A stretch of 64,000 nucleotides of DNA from an uncultured Gammaproteobacteria bacterium. GTDB taxonomy: Bacteria; Patescibacteriota; Microgenomatia; Levybacterales; UBA12049. The position numbers and the translations under genes were made by a program. The number at the start of each line of letters is the position of its first letter. Within the stretch, counting starts at the first letter, position 1. Location: the NCBI GenBank assembly GCA_964474445.1, contig CAYYSJ010000002.1, positions 53,610-117,609 on the forward strand, written 5' to 3'. Positions 58,343 through 64,000 of this stretch are shown one piece after another. Under the pieces are notes generated by a model, which was given only the letters and a program-made list of their open reading frames with translations, was not told where the DNA came from and searched no databases.

Positions 58343-60013
58343 ATGAACCAAGAGCAAGTACGTATTATCCCCCTCGGTGGGACAGGTGTTGTGACTCGTA
58401 ATATGTATGTCTATGAGTATCAAGACCAAATGCTGCTTGTCGATTGTGGGCTTGGGTTTGCAGATGAAACAATGCTTGGAGTAGATTTACTGCTCCCGGA
58501 TATATCCTATCTGCAAAAATCTCTTCAAAACGGTAAAAAAATTGTTGGGATGCTTATTACACATGGTCATGAAGATCATATGGGAGCACTTCCGTTTATT
58601 CTTCCAGAATTACCCGATTTTCCCATTTTTGCTACTCCTTTGACGGCAGCTTTAGCTGAGGAAAAATTAAAAAACTTTGGTATTGCCAGAAAAGTTCAAC
58701 CTATTCCATTTGAATCAGATCACCAGTTGCAACTTGGACCCTTCTCTGCAAATTTTATACGGGTCACTCACTCTGTTCCGGATACATCTCATATTTTTAT
58801 TCGTACTCCTATTGGAAATATTTACCACGGAAGTGATTTTAAATTTGATCTTACACCATTTGATAAGAAAAAAACTGATTTTGCAAGAATTGCCAAGTGT
58901 GGAGAATTAGGTGTTTTATTCTTACTATCTGACTGTCTTGGATCTGAAAGACCTGGGACAACTGGTTCTGAGGATAAATTAACAGATACAATTTATCGGG
59001 AAATGGAAAATGTGAAGGGGAAGTTTATTCTCACCACGTATTCATCTCACATTAATCGTATTAATCAGACATTACTTGCCGCTGAGAAGTTACACAAACG
59101 TGTTTGTTTTATTGGTCGGTCTCTTATCAAGACTGTCGATGTTGCAAAAAGACTTGGGTTAATCAGAATACCAAAAGGAATGGAGGTTCGAATGGATCAG
59201 CTACGGCAATATAAGGATGACCAACTCGTACTGTTAGTTGCAGGGTCTCAAGGACAAGAAAATTCCGCACTCACCCGGATTGCGACTGGAGAGCACAAAG
59301 AGGTCAAAATTACTCAACAAGATACCATTGTTTTTTCATCAGATCCAATTCCTGGGAACGAAATAATGGTCAATGCGCTTGTTGATAGCCTTTCTAAGAT
59401 AGGCGCACGAGTTATGTATTCTGATGTTTCTTCAGACTTCCATGTATCAGGACACGGCTCAGCAGACGAACTGATGTTGCTCATGGAGCTTGTAAGACCA
59501 AGAAAAATTTTACCTATTGGTGGAACACCAAAGCATATGCTTGCATATAGAAAGCTTGCACAAAAAGTAGGATTTGCTCCTCAGGATGTGTTACTTCCCG
59601 ACAGTGGACAGGAAATTGTTATAACAAGACAAGGTGCAACATTTGGACAGAGATACTCAATGAAAAATGTGTATGTAGACGAAATAAGTGGTGAAGAGAT
59701 AGAGGGATATGTATTGCGGGACAGGCAAAGACTTTCTCAGGATGGTGTTATTGCAATTATGGTTGAGGTAGATGCGGCAGCAGGTTCATTGGCTGACAAG
59801 CCTGATATTGTTGTGAGAGGATTTTCAGAAAAAGATGCAGAGGAGATGAGACAGGCGATCTCCCAAGAATTACAGAAAGTGCTTTCAGGCAAACAAGGAC
59901 AAGTAACAAATTGGATATACTTACGAAAAATGATAGGTGAAGTAACAGAAAAGCGAATTTTTAGAGATTTTAGACGCCGTCCCCTTATTCTTCCAGTAGT
60001 GATAGAGGTATAG
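58343..60013 (+). CDS. rnj: Ribonuclease J
   Basis: THGHEDHMG, HSVPD, GSQG, HVSGH. Confidence 0.95.
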   Translation: MNQEQVRIIPLGGTGVVTRNMYVYEYQDQMLLVDCGLGFADETMLGVDLLLPDISYLQKSLQNGKKIVGMLITHGHEDHMGALPFILPELPDFPIFATPLTAALAEEKLKNFGIARKVQPIPFESDHQLQLGPFSANFIRVTHSVPDTSHIFIRTPIGNIYHGSDFKFDLTPFDKKKTDFARIAKCGELGVLFLLSDCLGSERPGTTGSEDKLTDTIYREMENVKGKFILTTYSSHINRINQTLLAAEKLHKRVCFIGRSLIKTVDVAKRLGLIRIPKGMEVRMDQLRQYKDDQLVLLVAGSQGQENSALTRIATGEHKEVKITQQDTIVFSSDPIPGNEIMVNALVDSLSKIGARVMYSDVSSDFHVSGHGSADELMLLMELVRPRKILPIGGTPKHMLAYRKLAQKVGFAPQDVLLPDSGQEIVITRQGATFGQRYSMKNVYVDEISGEEIEGYVLRDRQRLSQDGVIAIMVEVDAAAGSLADKPDIVVRGFSEKDAEEMRQAISQELQKVLSGKQGQVTNWIYLRKMIGEVTEKRIFRDFRRRPLILPVVIEV

Positions 60014-60083
60014 CCGTAGATATCACTGCTTCATCGGTGATCCTTCGCTTGCATTAGCTTTGAGATTCTTTATAATAAGAAGT

Positions 60084-62237
60084 ATGGCCAAAAAACGTGG
60101 TGGAGGTCGTCGTAAAAAAGTACAACTTCGCAAAGAAACAATTTACACACTTTTTGCATTAGGACTTGTTGTTGTTGGTATTTTGCAATTTCTTTCTTTT
60201 TCAAGGCAAGGAGATGTTTTAATGACGGTTCAGCAAATGCTGGAGCAAAATTTTTCTTCAATGCAGTATCTTTTCCCATTTGTTTTTATTTTCATAGGAT
60301 TTCTCTTTTTCAGGTTTAAATTTTTCCTCTCCAAGCCGCATGTCACAATAGGATATATCATTACCTTTTTTTCTCTTGTTGGCATTCTCAAATCAGGTGC
60401 TGTAGGACGACATATGTTTCAGATTCTATCTGATATTTTAGGGAATGTTGGTTCAGATTTAGTATATATTGCTGGAGTATTTGTTGGACTTGTTGTTTTC
60501 TTTGATACCTCAATTGACGAATTGTTACAAGGATTTGTTGCTGTTCTCAATACCGTCCCAAAATTTATCCCATCAGGAGCTGTTTCTCTTTTCAAAAGCA
60601 AAAAGCCTGTCAAAGGGAAGGAATTAACTATTAAACAAGCAGGCCTTACGAATGAAGAGCCAAAGATTAATGGAAAAGATAAAACCATTTTCCCATCCTC
60701 CAAAATGGAAGATAAACCAGACTTGGTGGTGAAGAAAAAAGAGCAGGCGGAACTTATCTCAGATAAATTGGTAACGAATGTGTTGGAAAATGGTATGTGG
60801 GAAAATCCCCCGCTTTCATTATTGTCAGATAGTTCTGGTGCAAAAGCAGAAAGAGGTGACGTAAAGCGCATTGCACAAATTATTGAAAAAACGCTTGAAT
60901 CATTTGGTATTGCTGCACGAGTTGCTGAAGTAAATTTAGGCCCCTCCGTTACCCAGTATGCTTTAGAAATTGCTCTTGGGACAAAAGTAAGTAAAATTAC
61001 CTCTCTTGCTAACGATTTGGCGCTTGCAACTGAAGCACCTTCTGGACAAATTCGTATTGAAGCGCCTATTCCTGGACGATCTTTGGTAGGGATAGAAATT
61101 CCAAACAGATCCTTGGAAGTTGTACCGCTTCGTACTATGCTTTCTTCTCAAACAATGCAAAAAGCAAAGTCCAAACTCACAGTTGCTATGGGACTTGATG
61201 TGTCAGGCAATCCAGTTGTTGCGGACATTGCAAAAATGCCTCATGTTCTCATTGCAGGTACCACAGGATCAGGAAAATCATATCTTATGAATGCGTTTAT
61301 TTGTTCTATGCTTTTCAGAGCTTCTCCTCAAGAAGTAAAGATGATTTTAGTTGACCCGAAACGAGTTGAATTTACCCAGTATAACGGCATTCCTCATTTG
61401 TTAACACCTGTTATTGTTGAGCCAGAGAAAATTCTTTCAGCACTCAAGTGGGCGATGGGTGAAATGGACAGAAGATACAAGCTATTCGCTGAAAGAGGAG
61501 TGAGAAATATTGACTCATATAATGAGCTATCAGGCTTTCAAGCACTACCATACGTTGTTATCGTTGTCGATGAATTGGCAGATTTAATGATGCTTGCTCC
61601 TGTTGAGGTTGAAGATGCTATTGCGCGTTTAGCACAAATGGCACGCGCAACAGGAATTCACTTGGTTATTGCAACACAAAGACCTTCTGTCAATGTCATT
61701 ACTGGCCTTATTAAAGCAAATATTCCAACGCGTATTGCTCTGAATGTCTCTTCTCAAATTGATTCTCGTGTTATCTTAGATGGGCCAGGCGCGGAAAAAT
61801 TATTAGGTAGAGGAGATATGTTATATGTTCCACCAGATGCTGCAAAGCCGTACCGTATTCAAGGATCATATGTTTCTGAAAAAGAGGTGCAACGGCTCGT
61901 AGGCTACTTGAAGGAAAAAGCTCCTGAAGTTAACTATACCGAGGAAGTTACTCAACAACAGGTGAGTATTAAAGGGAAAAATGGTGGGGGTATATCAAGC
62001 GGTGGTGGAGAAGGCTTAGACAATTTGTTTGATGATGCTGTACGAATCGTATGTCAATATGATAAAGCATCAGCATCACTTTTGCAGAGAAAATTGTCTG
62101 TTGGCTATTCGCGTGCAGCAAAACTTTTGGATCAGCTCGAAGAAAATGGTATTATTGGACCGGCTGAAGGAAGTAAGCCACGAGATGTTTTAAGTAAGAA
62201 TGCTGATGAAGTACTGGCACAAATACACGGAGAATGA
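60084..62237 (+). CDS. ftsK: DNA translocase FtsK/SpoIIIE
   Basis: Four N-terminal TM, AGTTGSGKS, DELADLM, gamma domain. Confidence 0.96.
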   Translation: MAKKRGGGRRKKVQLRKETIYTLFALGLVVVGILQFLSFSRQGDVLMTVQQMLEQNFSSMQYLFPFVFIFIGFLFFRFKFFLSKPHVTIGYIITFFSLVGILKSGAVGRHMFQILSDILGNVGSDLVYIAGVFVGLVVFFDTSIDELLQGFVAVLNTVPKFIPSGAVSLFKSKKPVKGKELTIKQAGLTNEEPKINGKDKTIFPSSKMEDKPDLVVKKKEQAELISDKLVTNVLENGMWENPPLSLLSDSSGAKAERGDVKRIAQIIEKTLESFGIAARVAEVNLGPSVTQYALEIALGTKVSKITSLANDLALATEAPSGQIRIEAPIPGRSLVGIEIPNRSLEVVPLRTMLSSQTMQKAKSKLTVAMGLDVSGNPVVADIAKMPHVLIAGTTGSGKSYLMNAFICSMLFRASPQEVKMILVDPKRVEFTQYNGIPHLLTPVIVEPEKILSALKWAMGEMDRRYKLFAERGVRNIDSYNELSGFQALPYVVIVVDELADLMMLAPVEVEDAIARLAQMARATGIHLVIATQRPSVNVITGLIKANIPTRIALNVSSQIDSRVILDGPGAEKLLGRGDMLYVPPDAAKPYRIQGSYVSEKEVQRLVGYLKEKAPEVNYTEEVTQQQVSIKGKNGGGISSGGGEGLDNLFDDAVRIVCQYDKASASLLQRKLSVGYSRAAKLLDQLEENGIIGPAEGSKPRDVLSKNADEVLAQIHGE

Positions 62238-62242
62238 AATAA

Positions 62243-62308
62243 AATTTCTAATTACTAATTTCTAAAGAATTCCTCAGGGCTACATTCCCAAATTGGTCAT
62301 TAGAAATT
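62243..62308. repeat. Inverted heptamer arrays ((AATTTCT)n ... (TTAGAAA)n)
   Basis: aatttct-aattact-aatttct ... ttggtca-ttagaaa-tt. Confidence 0.55.
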
Positions 62309-62330
62309 AAGTCAACGAGGTATTCCATCT

Positions 62331-62972
62331 ATGATTAAAATTGGTGATAGACTAAAACAAGAGAGAAAACAGCAAGGGTATACGATTGATGAAATTGCAA
62401 AGGCAACAAAAATACGTCCTCAATTTATTGTTGCGATTGAAGCAGGCGACTACACTCGCCTTCCAGGAAGTAGTTATACACAAGGATTTGTAAAAAATTA
62501 TATCGAATTTTTAGGACTACCTATGAGGGAATCACTGGCGATGTTTAGAAGAGAATTCGATGAGAAACAGTATGTTGATGTAGTTCCGGAGAGTTTTGTT
62601 GGTAAAGAAGATATTCCTTTAAAAACAATACGGTTAAATAGAGCAATTGGTATAGTGAGTCTTATTGTACTCATTGTCATGTTATATCTTTTCTCTCAAT
62701 ACAGATCTGCATTCTTCTCGCCGCAATTATCAGTAGATGTCCCTGCTGAAAGGGCTCCCATTGCTTCTCAAACAGTTGTTGTTACAGGAACGACCGATCC
62801 AAGTAGCACAGTAACTGTTAATGGTCTTCCTGCATATGTTGATGCAAATGGGAAATTTAGAAAAGAAATTCCGGTATTCCCTGGCGTTGCAACAATTTCT
62901 ATAAAATCGGTTAATAATTTTGGTAGGATAAGCTCTGTAGAGAGACACGTTGTTGTAACGGTTGCACAATAA
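62331..62972 (+). CDS. RodZ-like HTH membrane protein with Ig-like C-terminus
   Basis: IGDRLKQER, AIEAGDY..LP...Y..GF..NY; TM. Confidence 0.8.
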   Translation: MIKIGDRLKQERKQQGYTIDEIAKATKIRPQFIVAIEAGDYTRLPGSSYTQGFVKNYIEFLGLPMRESLAMFRREFDEKQYVDVVPESFVGKEDIPLKTIRLNRAIGIVSLIVLIVMLYLFSQYRSAFFSPQLSVDVPAERAPIASQTVVVTGTTDPSSTVTVNGLPAYVDANGKFRKEIPVFPGVATISIKSVNNFGRISSVERHVVVTVAQ

Positions 62973-63045
62973 TGTTATATAACTTGGAGCGAAGAGCATA
63001 CCCAAAAGGCTTGACTTCTTTTGTATCAGTTGGTACGCTAAATAT

Positions 63046-63339
63046 ATGGACGTCACCCAAATTCTTCTTATTACTGTGGTTGGAGTTTTGACACTATTAT
63101 TATTACTATTAGGTATTCAGGTCTTCTTTATTCTTCGTGAAGTAAAAAACACCCTCTCTAAAGCGAATAAAGTATTGGATGATGCAGGTGTTATTAGTGG
63201 CAGTATTTCTCGCCCTGTTGAATCACTCTCAACAATTATGTCAGGGGTCAAATTAGGGTCTTTAGTTGCATCCTTTCTTTCCAAAACAATGGATAAGCAT
63301 GAGAAACATCCAAAGGAGGAAAAAAATGGATCACGATAA
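63046..63339 (+). CDS. Small membrane protein (TM + coiled coil)
   Basis: TTGACT-17-TACGCT promoter, one TM. Confidence 0.7.
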   Translation: MDVTQILLITVVGVLTLLLLLLGIQVFFILREVKNTLSKANKVLDDAGVISGSISRPVESLSTIMSGVKLGSLVASFLSKTMDKHEKHPKEEKNGSR

Positions 63340-63694
63340 TAGACAACATAGTAGTGGAGGGTTTTTCAATGGGTTTATCTTAGGCCTTCTCGTTGGAGCA
63401 GGACTTGTCTTCTTGTTTGGTACTTCAAAAGGAAAGAGAGTGTTGCAAATGCTTCTTGAACAAGTTGAAGAGAACACTGAACTCTCTGAATTGCTTGAAA
63501 TTCCTGAGGGAGAAGAAGATGAATATTTTGATGCAATAGAAGAAGAGCCTGAAATGAGAATGGAAGAAGAGCCAAAAGATGAGATAAGACATGTATTTCA
63601 AAATGGTCATCACCATGATGATGAAAAATCCCACAAACCAGTTGCAAAAGTGAAGCGTTTCTTCAGAGGTCCTTCTAAAAAGCTAGTAAGTTAA
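63326..63694 (+). CDS. YtxH-like protein
   Basis: GFILGLLVGAGLVFLFGTSKG; AGGAGG SD upstream. Confidence 0.65.
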   Translation: MDHDNRQHSSGGFFNGFILGLLVGAGLVFLFGTSKGKRVLQMLLEQVEENTELSELLEIPEGEEDEYFDAIEEEPEMRMEEEPKDEIRHVFQNGHHHDDEKSHKPVAKVKRFFRGPSKKLVS

Positions 63695-63727
63695 ATATCC
63701 TTATAAAGTTAGCTTAATCTATCTCAG

Positions 63728-64000
63728 TTATAATCCAAACTTTTGAATGTTTGCATTTTGTTCACCCAAAGTCCTTGCAAAGTGTAGGAGTCCCTTATTA
63801 TCTGAAATATAGTAAAAATAACTTGTACTTGTTGGGTGATAGACAGCATTGAGTGCATCAAAACCAGGATTTGCAATTGGCGTGGGTGGAAGACCAGGAT
63901 TGAGATACGTATTATACGGTGAATCAATTTTCAGATTTTTGGCAGTTGGAGTTGGCCACCAATTGATTGAACTGCCTAGGACATACTGAATCGTTGAGTC
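63728..64000 (-). CDS. mltG: Endolytic transglycosylase MltG, C-terminal part (not in the ORF track)
   Basis: Manual translation: DSTIQY...IDSPYNTYLNPGLPPTPIANPG...YFYY...HFARTL. Confidence 0.9.
   Translation of the reverse strand, partial: DSTIQYVLGSSINWWPTPTAKNLKIDSPYNTYLNPGLPPTPIANPGFDALNAVYHPTSTSYFYYISDNKGLLHFARTLGEQNANIQKFGL

Noticed and set aside
63724-63927. 67-aa minus ORF in the track
   Set aside because: Wrong frame; the real gene is mltG ending at 63728

Overview
AT-rich, gene-dense bacterial chromosome segment using the standard genetic code. The gene set and style (truncated IF2 and MetG, zinc-finger-less DnaJ, many Pro/Thr-rich surface proteins, GT-C glycosyltransferases, pilN/pilO) suggest a Candidate Phyla Radiation genome, probably Microgenomates (inference). 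Housekeeping genes include rpsT, murJ, lepA, groES/groEL, metK, metG, hrcA-grpE-dnaK-dnaJ, nusA-infB-rpsO-pnp-rnj-ftsK and a partial mltG. No tRNA, rRNA, CRISPR array or transposase was seen. The most interesting signals are non-coding. (1) An enlarged (~230 nt) FMN-class riboswitch variant has swapped binding-pocket nucleotides and structured insertions; it precedes an EamA transporter that converges on a stand-alone riboflavin kinase. (2) A SAM-I/IV-type riboswitch with a terminator/antiterminator precedes metK. (3) About 20 genes have a TAnnnT-type -10 hexamer 6-7 nt before the ATG, implying pervasive leaderless mRNA. (4) REP-like palindromes sit in frame in lepA and dnaK and inside the riboswitch. 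(5) A TipA/Mta-type MerR gene has a 19-bp-spacer promoter and an internal SD-led start. (6) A CRP-type site lies at -41.5 next to its likely regulator. (7) A possible 6S-like RNA lies between murJ and lepA. (8) A membrane-anchored Clp ATPase has a degenerate first AAA ring and no GYVG pore loop.
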